A stretch of 64,000 nt of DNA from assembly GCF_009914755.1 (NCBI RefSeq), contig NC_060934.1; one strand, 5' to 3'. The number at the start of each line of letters is the position of its first letter. Position 1 is the stretch's first letter. Both the position numbers and the translations under genes were made by a program. Shown piece after piece: positions 1 to 14,269 of this stretch. This stretch comes from the human T2T-CHM13v2.0 reference genome, Homo sapiens. The notes under the pieces are model-generated. The model was not told the origin of the DNA. It did no database searches and saw nothing but the letters and a program-made list of their open reading frames with translations.

Positions 1-6
1 ATATAA

Positions 7-432
<426 letters not shown>

Positions 433-599
433 TACACTGTTTATTTCATTCTCTGGCGCATTACCCTGGCTAAGACCTCCAGGACAATGTTGAACAGAAG
501 TGGCCATGGTGGCATCTTTGTCTTATTCCTGATTTCAGAGGGAAAACTTTCAATATTTCATCATTAATACAATGCTTTCCATAGTTTTTTGTTATTGTG

Positions 600-905
600 G
601 TTTGTTTTTGTTTCTGTTTTTTGTGGGGCAGGGTCTTGCTCTGTCACCCAAGCTAGAGTGCAGTGTCACAGTCACTAGTCACTGCAGCCTCGACCTCCTG
701 GGCTCAAGTGATCCTCCCATCTCAGCCTCTCGAGTAGCTCGAACCAAAGATGTGTGCCACCACACCCAGCTAATTTTTAAATTTTTCATAGACTTGGGTT
801 CTGGCCTTGTTGCTCAGGTTGGTCTCGAGCTCCAGGCTCAAGCAATCCTCCCACCTCAGCCCCGCAAAGTGCTGGGATTATAGGTGTGAGCCACCACACC
901 TGGCC
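600..905 (-). mobile_element. Alu (J-type)
   Basis: Antisense Alu with AluJ diagnostic cagcctcgacctcctgggctcaag. Confidence 0.88.
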
Positions 906-1360
906 TTGCCATAGCTTTTTGTAAACATTTTAAGCAGACGAAGGAAGTGTCCCAAAGTCTAGCCAGAATTATCTGAGTTCTGTCTTCTTGGAAGACTCTA
1001 AATGTTCATATTTGTTCTTCTAGCTCTTTGAGGCTGGATTCTTAGAAGCTCTGCTCAGCAGTAGAGTTGGAAGGAGTTACCCCTTCAATATTACAGGGAG
1101 CCCACTACTGTTTTTTGCATGTATTTACCAAGGTCTGTCTTTAACTGAAAATATGCTTCCATTGATATGAGTCCTTATGACAGCTTTAGAAATGATTCAA
1201 AACCTTGTGGCATTTAAAACCTGATGAGTTAAAAACCAACCTTCTAGTTTTTTAGTAAATGTAATTATAATTAATTTAGTGCTGCATTCAGACTATTGAA
1301 AGCATTTTGAGCAAAGAAAGCACAATAATTTAATGCTTGTAAATGGTTTTCTCTAAACAG

Positions 1361-1502
1361 GTTCAAAAGAGCATTAATGGGTCCGCTGATGTCTTACCTG
1401 ATATGTTACCTGACCTGCCCGTATCTCTGGTTCTGTTATCCCTGATCATGGTTGATATTATTGAAAAACTCAGGATATATCCTCTTAGAGGGAGTCAAAA
1501 GA
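1361..1502 (+). CDS. TMEM236: TMEM236 penultimate coding exon (142 nt, phase 0 to phase 1): [47 protein letters not shown]
   Basis: Acceptor ttttctctaaacag|GTT at 1360/1361 and donor AAGA|gtaagt at 1502/1503. Hydrophobic segment. Splices in frame (A+GT=Ser) to the exon at 21251. Peptide recognised as TMEM236 (FAM23A). Confidence 0.9.
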
Positions 1503-1984
1503 GTAAGTGTTCTTTTAAATGTGAATATTTTTTAAAGTTTGATATATTTTTCACATTTCTGCCACTGTGTTATCTGACAACATGTTTAATGATACCTTTT
1601 CTTAGGGCTAACATTACTGATAGAAGATTGCAAATGAAGATATCTAAACATAATTATTTTTAAACCTACCTTGATAGCTAGATAGCTGCTTTTGTTTGCT
1701 ATTCGCATTTTAGTAGTACTGATAAATTAAAAATTATCAAATAGTTAATACCAAAAACCTTAATGTTTATTCCAGCAAGAAATTATCCAAGTAAATTATT
1801 ATAGATGTATATTTTTCTAGGAAGTCTCTTAAAGCTTATGTTTAAATGGATTAATAAAAAGCTTAGTTTGGAGACTTTTACTACAGGAATTAATATGACT
1901 GTGGTAGTTGTGTCCTAGATAATCATGTGTTTTTAATTGTGAATTATAAAAATGCCAAAGATCACACTAATAAAACCAAGATAT

Positions 1985-2110
1985 GGCTGGGTGCAGTGGC
2001 TCACACCTGTAATCCCAGCATTTTTGGAGGCCAGGATGGGAAGATGGCATGAGCTCAGGAGTTTGAGACCAGCCTGAGCAACATAGCAAGACACCATCCC
2101 TATAAAAAAA
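1985..2110 (+). mobile_element. Free left Alu monomer (FLAM)
   Basis: Single monomer ending in an A tail. Confidence 0.8.
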
Positions 2111-2794
2111 TAAAATTTAAAGAAAACTCAACAAGATGTGTCACATATCCTCCAAAGTGATGAGTTGAAACTAAATACAGATTGGCCCTTACAAAAAGAT
2201 ATTTTGTTAATGGAATATTTTATTTATTTAGTCGTAAATTACTCCAGCTTTCATTAAATTTCTTGCGGTAGTATCTGTGTTTAATTGGCAATATTTGTAT
2301 GCTAGTTACTGTGTGGCTAAGATTTTGTCATGTTGTGCATTTGAAATGGGTAAGGTTTGTCAGGTTGTTTTCTGATGGGGTGAATGGAGTCAACTGAGTG
2401 AGCCTCAGGAGACAGCTTCAGAGTGACGGGGTCACCACTGGGGCTCGTCAGTCATTTATGGGTCAGATATCAGTACCTTCCAGTCACTCTTGCTGCTCAG
2501 ATGGAAAGCAAAACTGAGGTGGAGGCCACTAGGAAGTTGGAGAATCTGAGCCTGTCACTTTGTACTTCATCCTCGGGTGGGAGATGACGGTCTGTTATGG
2601 CTAACATAACACAGGTGACATGTAGGTGGATAAGATGGCAGCCGGGGCCATCTGTTGAGTGGAAAGCACACCCAAGTCACATCTGCCCTCCAGAGTCAAG
2701 CGTATTTGTCTTAAACTCAGGAGAGTTGGGAATCTCCAAATCCTTTGCTACATCTCTAGATTCCTTAAAAATGCAAATCTATTTTTAAATATAA

Positions 2795-2925
2795 TTTTTT
2801 TTTCAATTTGAGCTGGGGTCTTGCTATGTTGCCTAGGCTGACCTAGAGTTCTTGAGCTCAGGAGATCCTCCTGCATCAGCCTCCTGAGTAGCTGGGATTC
2901 TAGCTGTGCACGGCTGCACCCAGCG
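2795..2925 (-). mobile_element. FLAM monomer
   Basis: Single antisense monomer. Confidence 0.75.
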
Positions 2926-3037
2926 TTAAATTGGATGGTTTCTGATGACTCTGTATTTTCCATATTAATATAAATTTCCTGTCCAAGTTAAAAGGTCTTT
3001 TTAAAAAAGAAAGACACGTGTATCTTTTTGGGAATAA

Positions 3038-3458
<421 letters not shown>

Positions 3459-4510
3459 TAGATCTGGGGGAGAAGACTCTAGCACAATTTGTACAACTGC
3501 TTCTCACTTGAAGAGCCTCCTTCTTGAGCTGTTCTCCGTCCAAATTTAGGAAGATTAGTGTCTGGTTTGATAGTTCCACCGTTTAATAAATTCACACTTA
3601 AAAAAACTAGCAGTCACTTGAAATGCCTTTGTAAATATGAATCATACATGCTTTTAATTTGTATGCAAAGACCTTGAACCCAAATTGTCTCCTACACTCA
3701 TTTTAACATGAAATTAATGATATAAATTATGTAAATTTTGAATCCATGAGGTTTTCTCATTTATTACTTGGAACATGAATTAATGTATGAATACATTAAC
3801 ATGTAAATCTTAAATACATAAATCTGAACCTAAGCAAATATACCATAAATATGGTTTCACTACAGGTGATACTTGCAAGTAAAAAAAATTGACTAGAGGC
3901 GGGGGATGAACAAGATCTAGAATAATTTGGCTCCCTTTAGGAAATGTGGGAAAAGTGAATATGTTCTTTGCTCTTTCCAGATAGTCTGAAATGCATACAT
4001 GTCTGTCAGCTAGCAGCAGTTTGGACTTTATGCTAGATGAAACCAACATAATCTACAACGTTTTGATTTATGGACACTCTCACAGCATCCTAACCATCTT
4101 CATTCCAAGCTACAAAACTTTTATCTTTGTGTAGCTTTTCTTTTTCCAAAATTTTAAATAAGTTATTCTGCTGACAAAATATGCTTATGCTTAAAGCAGT
4201 CTTCACCGGACCAAGGAATCCTTTCTACTAACTTCGTATTACCAGTGGAAATCTCTCAGTATCAAGTAATTATCATGCAACAGCTTCTAAGTGCATCGTT
4301 TCATGGAGGTAGAGCAGTGCATGGGAGCATTTTTCTGACGCGTGGATCTCTGTAGCATGGCAGTCTCACAGATGTACGTGGTACCTAGGAATGCCAATCC
4401 CCAGTCCCGTGCAGAAATAACAAGAATACAAAGGATAGCCTGTGGGTACAAATGAGTGCACCTTAATGCTTCCATTTGAATTTTGCTAACTGAATCCCAT
4501 GTATTAACGC

Positions 4511-4748
4511 TCATTTAGCATTGCAACCATACCTGTTTCTAGGACATTACCATTTTTACGGAGAGATAGATAGGTTGCCAGCTCTCACTCCAGGCCCAGC
4601 TCCCTGGCAATCATGACCTTGAACCACCTAGAAGCAAAGTGAGCCCCCATCTAAGGTCTTGTGATTGCTGCTGCTGCTCTGGGCAATTTCAGCTTTGTAG
4701 GCAGAGTGACCCATCTTGGTGGGGTACACACTGGTTTGAGGCTCAACA
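4511..4748 (+). repeat. Copy 1 of a ~237-bp dispersed direct duplication (copy 2 at 7274-7509)
   Basis: Aligns by eye at roughly 90% identity to 7274-7509. Confidence 0.9.
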
Positions 4749-4825
4749 GTAAAGAAGAGGACTTTCATCTCCTCTTCTTCACTGTCTTTTTTCTGCTCCC
4801 ATTTAATTAATTAGTTAATTAATTA

Positions 4826-5040
4826 ATTTTTTGAGACAGAGTCTTGATCCTCCTGCCTCAGCCTCCCAAGTAGCTGGGAATACAGGAGGGCACCACCATG
4901 CCTGGCTAATTTTTGTATTTTTAGTAGAGATGGGGTTTCACCCTGTTGGCCAGGCTGGTCTTGAACTCCTGACCTCAAGTGATCTGCTTGCCACAGCTTC
5001 CCAAAGCACTGGGTTTATAGGCATGAGCCACCGTGTCCAC
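4826..5040 (-). mobile_element. Alu with internal deletion
   Basis: gagtctt joins directly to gatcctcctgcctcag. Confidence 0.85.
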
Positions 5041-6007
5041 CTGCTGCTGCTGTTTTAAACCAGACCCACAGTGGGTCTCCTGTGCCCTTATTTGTTGGTC
5101 CAGACCCCTGACTACCTTGCTGCATCTGCTTTGCACTCAGCTTTTCACTCTCACGTGCAAACCCCTCAGCATGCTATTTTCTACCACTCCTGCTCGGCTC
5201 TGCTCTAAATGCTGTTGGTGCTGCTGTTGCTTGTGTCTGGGATATTGGTGGATGTTTTGCTGGTGCTTTAGACTGACTTCCTTTCTTCTGCTAGTGGGAA
5301 TATTGGCTTCCTGCCACCGAGTTCTAGTTTTCTAAAGAGGTTTCAGGCAGAGCACTATAATAACTGTTTTTTTCTTGGAAACAACAGCCTTTTAGCCCTT
5401 AGAGTGTATATGTACCAACAAATTGGCTGGGCTTCAGTGATTTCAGGTAGTGGCCATTCTACTCCCCTGGAAACCACCATTTCCCCTCCCACTTATAGAA
5501 CTCGTGGCTGAATGTGGCAGAGCCAGACTCCTTTGAGGCAGCTTTTCTCCATGGGGGTCTCATAGATCCTCAAATCAGGCTTAGCTATATTGCCTGAACC
5601 TCAATCCTTGCCATCGTTAGAGTCCTCTCCTTGTCACTACCTAGATTCCTTAACCCCCATCAAAACCAGTGGGTGCAAACAGACCTATGAAAGTGTCCAT
5701 GATTAGAGAGAGAGTTTTCAGTCCTACCTTCAAGACTCATTTGAATAGGACTTGCAGCCCAGGCCAGACATGCTGTTACAAAGTGCTACAATAGATTTTA
5801 ATAGCTAAAGTACTATGGTGCCACAGATGAAGGAAAACTTCATTTTATCTAAGGTGATGAAGGTAAGAGAAGACTAAAGGGAAGATCTTGGGTTTGCAGG
5901 AGTTTGTAGGTAGACATGGTAAAGAAAGCTTTCTACATAGAAGAAAGGTTGGGCCTCCAAGAACTAAGGCGTGTATGTAGCAAATGGCCATGTTTGGGAA
6001 GTGAAAA

Positions 6008-6640
6008 TGAAGCAGTGTTGTTGTCTGGGGTAGATACCCAAGGTTCGTCATCTTGTGCCAAGAAGATTAAGGACATGGACACACACAAGGAGTGAGTTTA
6101 GGAGCGGAGGTTTAATAGACAAAAGAAAGAAAGGAGAGCAGCTCTCTCTCTTTCGAGACAGAGGGGCTCCTAAATGGGAATTCCAGCCATGACAGAGTGC
6201 ACCGGGTTTTATAGACAGGCTTTAGGAGGTGGTGTCTGATTTACATAGGGCTCAGAGATTGGTTGGACTGGGTGTGATGTTTACATAGCACCCAGAAAAG
6301 GCTGGTCACCCCACCGTAATCTTATTATGCAAATGGACTTTCCACTTGGCTGGTGCCATGTTGCCTGCTCCTCACTGTACGTGCAGCTGGCAAAGAGAAG
6401 GGAAGATGGAGCCACCATTTTGACCATGCCTAGTCCCAGGTGGCCTTTTCCTATTGGCACAGCTGCCAGCATTCACCTGTACACGCTTCCAGCTTGCTTG
6501 TCTGTGTCTGCAGCTCGATTTTACAGGCTGCTGTTTGTTAGAAAATGATTTGGGAGTGCTTTTCATTAAAAGGAAAACCTTACCAAGGACTCCCGTACCC
6601 TCATATCTGCCTAAATAATTTCTTCTTAACTCCTATATCA
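6008..6640 (-). mobile_element. ERV1 solo LTR, LTR9-like
   Basis: TG...CA termini. Reverse strand begins TGATATAGGAGTTAAGAAGAAATTATTTAGGCAG and ends CCCCAGACAACAACACTGCTTCA. Subfamily from memory. Confidence 0.7.
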
Positions 6641-6787
6641 AAATTAAGCTTGGTTGGATTTCACACCTTGAATCAACAAACCTGGTGCTGGGAGGCAAGT
6701 TTCCTTCTTAAAACTGACTACTGTTCATCAAATTGTCATTTCAGAAACCTACAATGTTACTTCAAGAGTGACTAAAAATTTGCATGC

Positions 6788-7242
<455 letters not shown>

Positions 7243-7273
7243 CTAAATGTTTAAAAATCATTAACCTAGGGCT

Positions 7274-7509
7274 TCATTCAGCATTGTAACCGCACCTGTT
7301 TCTAGGACACTACCATTTCTATGAAGAGATAGATAGGTTGCCAACTCTCTCTCCAGGCCCAGCTCCCTGGCAATCATGACTGCACCACCTAGAGGCAAAG
7401 TGAGCCCCCATCTAAGGTCTTGTGACTACTGCTGCTGCTCTGGGCAGTTTCAGCTTTGTAGGCAGAGTGACCCGTCTTGGTGGGGTACAAACTGGCTTGA
7501 GGCTCAACA
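7274..7509 (+). repeat. Copy 2 of the ~237-bp direct duplication
   Basis: See 4511-4748. Confidence 0.9.
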
Positions 7510-7778
7510 CCTTTGAAAAACAGATAAACCTTTTAACATGCCATGTTGAATTTTTTCTTTCCAATGTTGCATTTTTCCAAAAGAACACATACTCATTTAA
7601 AAAAGTTATAAAATAGAGATAAACAAAAAAGAAAAGGTAAACCAACCATAACCCTACAAACTAGAAATTTGTTACTGGATAGCATCTTGATGTACATTCA
7701 TGTGTTAAGAAAACCTATTCTGCAACTCTTTTTTTTTTCTTAATGTATGGTGGGCATCATTCTCATTATTACATCTTC

Positions 7779-8081
7779 TTTTTGTTTTATTTTGTTTCAT
7801 TTTGAGACAGTCTCACTCTGTTGCTCAGGTTGGAGTGCAGTGGCATGATCTCTGCTCACTGCAATCTCTGGTCCTGGGCTTAAGCGATTCTCGTGCCTCA
7901 GCCTCCCGAGTAGCTGGGACTACAGCCGTGCACCACCACGTCCCTCTAATTTTTGTATTTTTAGTAGAGACGGGATTTCACCGTGTTGGCCAGGCTGGTC
8001 TTCAACTCCTGACCTCAAATGATCCACCCGCCTCACCTCCCAAAGTGCTGGGATTACAGGTGTGAGCCACCGCGCCAGGCC
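7779..8081 (-). mobile_element. Alu with TSD ctcattattacatcttct
   Basis: Antisense Alu flanked by an 18-bp TSD. Confidence 0.92.
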
Positions 8082-8989
8082 TCATTATTACATCTTCTAC
8101 TGTGTAGAAGGTGTTATTGGTCAAATTATATTCCATTATGTTAATGAGCCATGATAATATATCTAGCAGATCCCCAGTTGTTGAACAACTAGATTTGTTC
8201 CAGTTTTTAACTATGATAAATCCTGCTGTTATGAGTCTCATTCAGAAGTAAAAGGGTTGAGAAGGACAAGGATATGGTTAGAATGCCTGAGGCGATGTGC
8301 TTGAGTTGGACAGGGCAGACAAGTCATGGTTAAAGCACGTGTCCATGTGTAGTGCAGGTGGGCTGTGTTTAAAGCGCCCTGTGCTCCGTGTGGGAGTCAG
8401 AAACCTCTCAGTGAGGTGACTGGCAAAACAGAAGCTGGGGATGGAGAGAGTTAACTGCCTCTGGATGGGAGCCGAATGATATCAGGATGATGATTGCAGA
8501 GTGTCCTCAGAAGGCCTGGAGCATCTGCTCATGCCCAGACTCCTCAGCAAGAACACTGCCAGAAGAAAGTGACTACTAGGGACTGGTTACACATGCTGGG
8601 AATGTCGAGGGGCCCGTAATGGGATCGTATGTACTGTGCGGTGTGGCAAGAGGGGTTTGGCTGCATTAGGGAGAGCCGCATGGTCAGAGATGGCTGGCTA
8701 GAGGTGAGGTCAACAGGCTATTTGAGTGGAAAACCTCAGCTCCCTGCAAAGGAGGCGGTTTCCACTATCACATCAGCGAGAGGTGCCCGGTATGATGTTG
8801 GCAGGGTAAGGTTTTCAAATAAATCTGCTCCTAATGGCCCTCGTCCAATGCCTTCTGTGTGGTCTTTTAATATCAGAAACTTGAGTCAGTGCCTGCAGGC
8901 ACCTCAGCAGCATAGATGGCTATTTCCTTAGGTCAAATGTTCAGATGCAGAACTTCCGGCTCACAGTCCGTGCAAGCTTTTAAGGTTTT

Positions 8990-9590
8990 TGATATGTGTA
9001 GTTAAATTGCTCCCTCTAAAGAACTTACCCTCTAAATAGCAACGTAAAGAAATACCTGTTTCTCCTTAACCTTACAACCTTGCAACACTGGAAATTTATT
9101 CCATTTCCTCTCTTGCAAAATAGTATCGTAGGCAAAATAGTAGTAGTTGTAGTTGTGTTTGCCCTCTTCTCATAGGCTTATTGGCCAGTTGTATTTTTCT
9201 TTTAAATCATATATTTAGGTCTTTGATCTGTTTTTATGTTGGTATGGCCATTTTTCTTTTATTTTCTTCTTCTACTTCCTTTTTTTTTCCTGCTGATTCA
9301 TGAGTTCTATAAATAGTAAGGCTGTTAAGTTTTGCCTGTCATAGGTGTAGTGTATGTTTCAGGGTTCTCATTTGCCTTTTAATTTTACTATGGTGTTTTT
9401 CATATAGGGAATTTTAAATTTTGATGTCATCCAAGCTATTAGTATTTCTGTATGGTGTAGTTATGCTTAAAAAGTCTTTTTTTCACTACAAGTAAAAATT
9501 ATTTACCAATTATTTTCCCGAAGCAGTTTACATTTAAATGTTTAATGAAGAAAAATTGAATTCTCTATAGGATACAAGTTGGTTAATTTA
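8990..9590 (-). mobile_element. Old L1 (L1M-type) 3' fragment
   Basis: T-rich degenerate L1 3' motifs. Confidence 0.5.
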
Positions 9591-11699
9591 TAAATAACCA
9601 ATAAGTTAGACAAGATAGTCAACATGTTTATTTACCTGAGCTGGCAAAGTTTTTAGACTTCTGATTCTATTGTATTTCTTCTGGTGTTTCCAACATATAA
9701 AAAAGCACTTAATAGAGTGCTTTAAAAATATCAGTGCCAAGCACAGCTGCCCCAGATGAACTGAATCAGGATCTCTGGGGATGGGATTAGGCATATTTGG
9801 ATTTTAAAAAAGGAAACCTCATTGAGTGACCCTGATTTATATCTCTAATTAAGAGCAGTGCTTCTCATCCTTGGCTGTACATTAAAATCAACTATGGAAA
9901 TTTAAAAGTTTTGATGCCTAGGATGCTGCCTGGTTAATGAAATCATAATTTTTGGAGTGAGGCCCAGGCACTACTAATTTTTAAAATTAGTGATTCCCAG
10001 GTGATTCACAATTGGGAAAATAATAGGAGTGGATAGGGAGAAAGCAAGCAAGGGGAATTTACATCAGATAATGCCCCAATTTCTTCATGAAATAGGAAGC
10101 AAATTTTCTGCTGAGAACAATGGAGATGGATAGAGGGGAGAGGACCCAAAAGAATGGGGAAGCTCTGGGGTAACTGCTGTGGGGAATGGAGATGAAGTGG
10201 GCGAGGGATAGGGAGACAGATGGATGAGTAATGTTGAGTGTGCAGCAGAAATTGGAACCAGGAATTTGTTCTGGGGCCAATCCAGATAATGTGATTTTTT
10301 TCCTCACTGAGGCTCAGAAATCTGGGCCTTGCAGGTTGAAAAGATAGAAGCGTTAGGACTGACCCAGATTTGGGAGTTCGCAGAGCAGGAAGGAAGAAGG
10401 AAAAGGAACTGTTTCTTTCTGAGTTATTTCTTCTTGGTATTGACTTACCAGAATATAATTTCTGAAAATGAATGCCAACAGTAATTTTTATGGAAAGTCT
10501 AAGCTATTGCCATTGAATCGGGGGCCACTGGTTATCACAAATACAGGGACTCTTAGCCGTGGGTTTCCACCAGAGATCATCAACGTGTCTTCACTATACA
10601 TATGCATGAGCTCTACCTAGCGATCAACAGACTGGAAGACAGAACCTGGCATCTGTAATTTTTTAAAGCTCCGCCATCGATTATGATGCCCACTCTGAGA
10701 ACCTCTTACTATAGAAAGTGCTAGGAGCTGTCATAAATATCAAGTTAAAAGCAGAGAGGCCAATCCAAGCACAGGCCAATCCAAATTCTTAAAGGGAACT
10801 GGCTTTCCAAATTTCCTTGAAATGTAACTCATGACACTTTTACCAAATAGCATGTAAGAGATGTCATAGACATTAAAAGGAAACAAACAAACAAAAAAAG
10901 GATGTAGCTTTTTTTTTTAATAAAATGAATGGCATTTTGAGTTCCTCTTTAGTTCTTTTTAAGAAATAGCTTATTATACAAGATGAGCCCCTAGTGCGAG
11001 CTGAATTTCCATAATGTGTTGTTTTGCAATGTGCTCAGGGGTGACTATGAGGAACACTGTGTCCGGGGACCAACCGGGGGGGGATATTTCCTTTCCTACC
11101 CTCCCTTTGCTACTTAGAAGAAGGAAGTTTCAGGAAAGTATGTTAGTTCTAGGATTTTTTTTCCTCTTCTCAAGAAGTAAGTGGGCATCTACTAGACTGG
11201 GGTAAGAGAAGGGTAGGATTTCTGATTTATATCTTCTAATGAAGTGCCAGCTGTCTGGATTAGACTCATGAGATTGGGCCAAAAGCTATACTGGAGTGAG
11301 CCGGGTACCAACAGACATAGAATGTCAGGTGCTATCAAAATTTTCAGTGAAAGCTCCCTTTGATCTTGACAGCTTTATATGATTTTAATAATTTGGCATT
11401 AAATTGTTTTTTTTTCCTAAGTGGGCAAAAGAATTGTGAATAATTTTAGTATATTAAATGAGACACTTGCAAGTCGCAGAATACTTTGGAAACAAATATT
11501 TCAGGGAGACTGATAGGAATAAGGGAATAAAAGAATTCAGCATGTGTTACTTTATAATACCAAGCCTTGTGTTCCATATTATTATGGACCAGTTTGACAT
11601 TAAAGGCATAGGTCACTGATTTTCAATATTTACATTTTCATATCTTAGGTCAAAGAGAGCTGATCACCTGCATAATGTGTGGATGTTCTTTTTCTCTTC

Positions 11700-11852
11700 T
11701 GTTTTTTGAGACAATGTCTCATTCTGTTGTCCATGCTGGAGGGCAGTGCCACGATCACAGTGCACTGCAGCCTCGACCTCCTGAGCTCAAGTGATCCTCC
11801 TGCCTCGGCTTCCCAAAGTGCTGAGATTACAAGCATGAGCCCCTGGCTCAGC
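11700..11852 (-). mobile_element. Short Alu monomer / deleted AluJ
   Basis: Right-arm start joined to left-arm end. Confidence 0.75.
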
Positions 11853-12074
11853 TGATGTTCTTGATCATTTGTTGTTGATATTGTGTGTATACTAATAGTA
11901 AGGTCCTATCTAGAAGAACACCGCTTTTCTCATGTTCTGCTTCCACTTGCTATTTTGGGACCTTAAGTCCTTCTGTTTCTGGATGTGTGTGCATAGGTGG
12001 GGGGACTGGAGGGTTCTCAGGGCTTCTTCCTATGAGATCACAAACATGATCTTCTTGAAATTACACATCTGCCC

Positions 12075-12448
12075 TGATATGGTTTGGCTGTGTCGCCACC
12101 CAAATCTCAACTTGAATTGTATCTCCCAGAATTCTCACATGTTGTGGGAGGGTCCCAGGGGGAGGTAATTGAATCATAGGTAAACCTGACAGTAAATAAA
12201 TACCTGTCTTTCCCATGCTATTCTCGTGATAGTGAATAAGCCTTATGAGATCTGATGGGTTTATCAGGGGTTTCCGCTTTTGCATCTTCTTCATTCTCTC
12301 TTGCTGCCGCCATGGAAGAAATGCCTTTCACCCTCTGCCATGATTGTGAGACCTCCCCAGCCATGTGGAACTGTAAGTCCAATTAAACCTCCTTTTCTTC
12401 CCAGTCTTGGGTAGGTCTTTATCAGCAGCATGAAAACGGACTAATACA
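12075..12448 (+). mobile_element. THE1A solo LTR (MaLR)
   Basis: TGATATGGTTTGGCTGTGTC...GACTAATACA, with a perfect 5-bp TSD TGCCC at 12070-12074 and 12449-12453. Confidence 0.92.
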
Positions 12449-13799
12449 TGCCCTTTCTTCCCCCTGCCTGGTGACCCCTGACGCTACTGGTGCCTGGATG
12501 GTCTCTGGCATGCTTTGAAGCACTGCTGCTGCTGTTGGTGCCAACTGTCTGCCCAAGCACTGTGGACTGTGCCATGCCAGACAGCGCTGGCACCCTCTGT
12601 GGGGCCTGATGTCGCATTACATCCTCTCTTAGTGTTGAGCTAAGTCCCCTTAGTGTTGCCGGTCCCCAGCCTGTGCTGCCAGGTGCTCCCCATGTCTTCC
12701 AGGGTATGTTAGTGGAATCAATCGTCATGGCCTTGCTTAAGGGGCTCCCTCCAGGACTGGGCCATAGGGGCATCTGAGTGGTAGACTCTGTGCAGAGCTC
12801 CACATTTTTTACCCATTGACTCTACGGGAACCAGAGTCAATGGCTGGGCCGAGCTTTCATGCTTTGGCTTCCTTGCCTTAGTGCAGGTTTTTTCCCCAGA
12901 ATGCTCATTGCTCCCTCATGCTAATAGATTCCAGAAAAGAAATTCCTCCCACCTTTTATTCAGCAAATCTTTATGGTGGATCTGTTCCATATCAATACCA
13001 GGCACTCCACTGGTGCTGGGGGTACAAAGCTGAGCAGAAACAGGCGAGGCTGCCTTTTGCGGAGCTCCTGGTCTAGACGCTCCAGGGCTCTTAAACTACA
13101 CTAGTAAATATGCATAAACCAGGCTGACGGAGGTTCTTAAGAATGCAATGACTCAGGTTTAATCCATTATGCATCAGTTTCTGTCATCCACTCCTGCTGG
13201 GATTGCTAGCTCATGTCTGTATCCAAGCACTTAAAACTCCTGAGTATTTGGAATAAAGGAGGAAATACGGGTAGAGGCATTTCAGACCATTTCAAAGTAT
13301 AGGATTATTTCTCTTTGGCAATGAGATAACTATATGCACCTTGACATTCTACCTTACTATGTATATATTTTTAAACATATTCAATGGTATATTATTTTTA
13401 TATATATTATAAAATAAATAAATGTTTCAGGAACATTGATAAGAATAACAGAACATGAAGAATTCAGCATGAATTTATTTATATATTAGATATTTTGAGT
13501 AAAATATATCTAGAAATATATATCATTATAAGTAACATAAATAATATAATTACTTTTGTATAAAATATATTGTAAATTAAATAACATTTTCTAGTCTAAC
13601 CATATATCTCTTGGGGAGAAGGACCACAATATGAATGAAAAGCTGAAGATTAGGAATTTTAGATTGGAACATTTTTTCAATATTTAAAAATGGAATATTT
13701 AAAAATTGATAATATTAAGATTTTAGCAACACTTGTCGAGTGTTAGATAAGTCTGTAAAGCAGCAGTAGAGGGAAAAATGATCTCTAAACCATCCAGTG

Positions 13800-13942
13800 G
13801 GCTGGGCATGGTGGCTCACACCTGTAATCCCAGCACTTTGGGAGGTTGAGGTGGGAGGGTTGCTTCAGCCCAGGAGTTCAAGACCAGCCTGAGTAACATA
13901 GCAAGACCCCATCTCTACAAAAAAAAAAAAGAAAAAAAAAAA
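13800..13942 (+). mobile_element. FLAM monomer
   Basis: Single left monomer plus A tail. Confidence 0.8.
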
Positions 13943-14269
13943 GTTAAAAAATTTTAAACCACCTAGCTTTCTAGTTGTGTCCTCTGACAAAATAATTCTC
14001 TTAACATTTTATATTGTATAAGATACAGAAATGATACATTTATTTATTGTCAGATTTACACAATGAGTGGCATGGAACTGAAATGGGATCTTAGGGTTTT
14101 TGAATTTACTGGACAACAATCTCATGCTTTCTGTAAAGAAAGTTGCCGCAACTATTTCACAGCTGGGAATGCATGCCCACAGGCTTTTCCAGAGCTGATG
14201 ACGGGTTGAATATTTGTCTTGAATTCATTATTATTTGTTGAAAACTTGTACACAGTTTTGAGCACAGGC

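Noticed and set aside
1343-1663. 106-aa ORF as a standalone gene
   Set aside because: Only 1361-1502 is exonic (TMEM236); the rest is intron read-through past a canonical GTAAGT donor
8400-8810. Possible cryptic exon or ORF ending at GCAGG|GTAAGG
   Set aside because: No convincing acceptor, stops in the upstream frames, no recognisable homology
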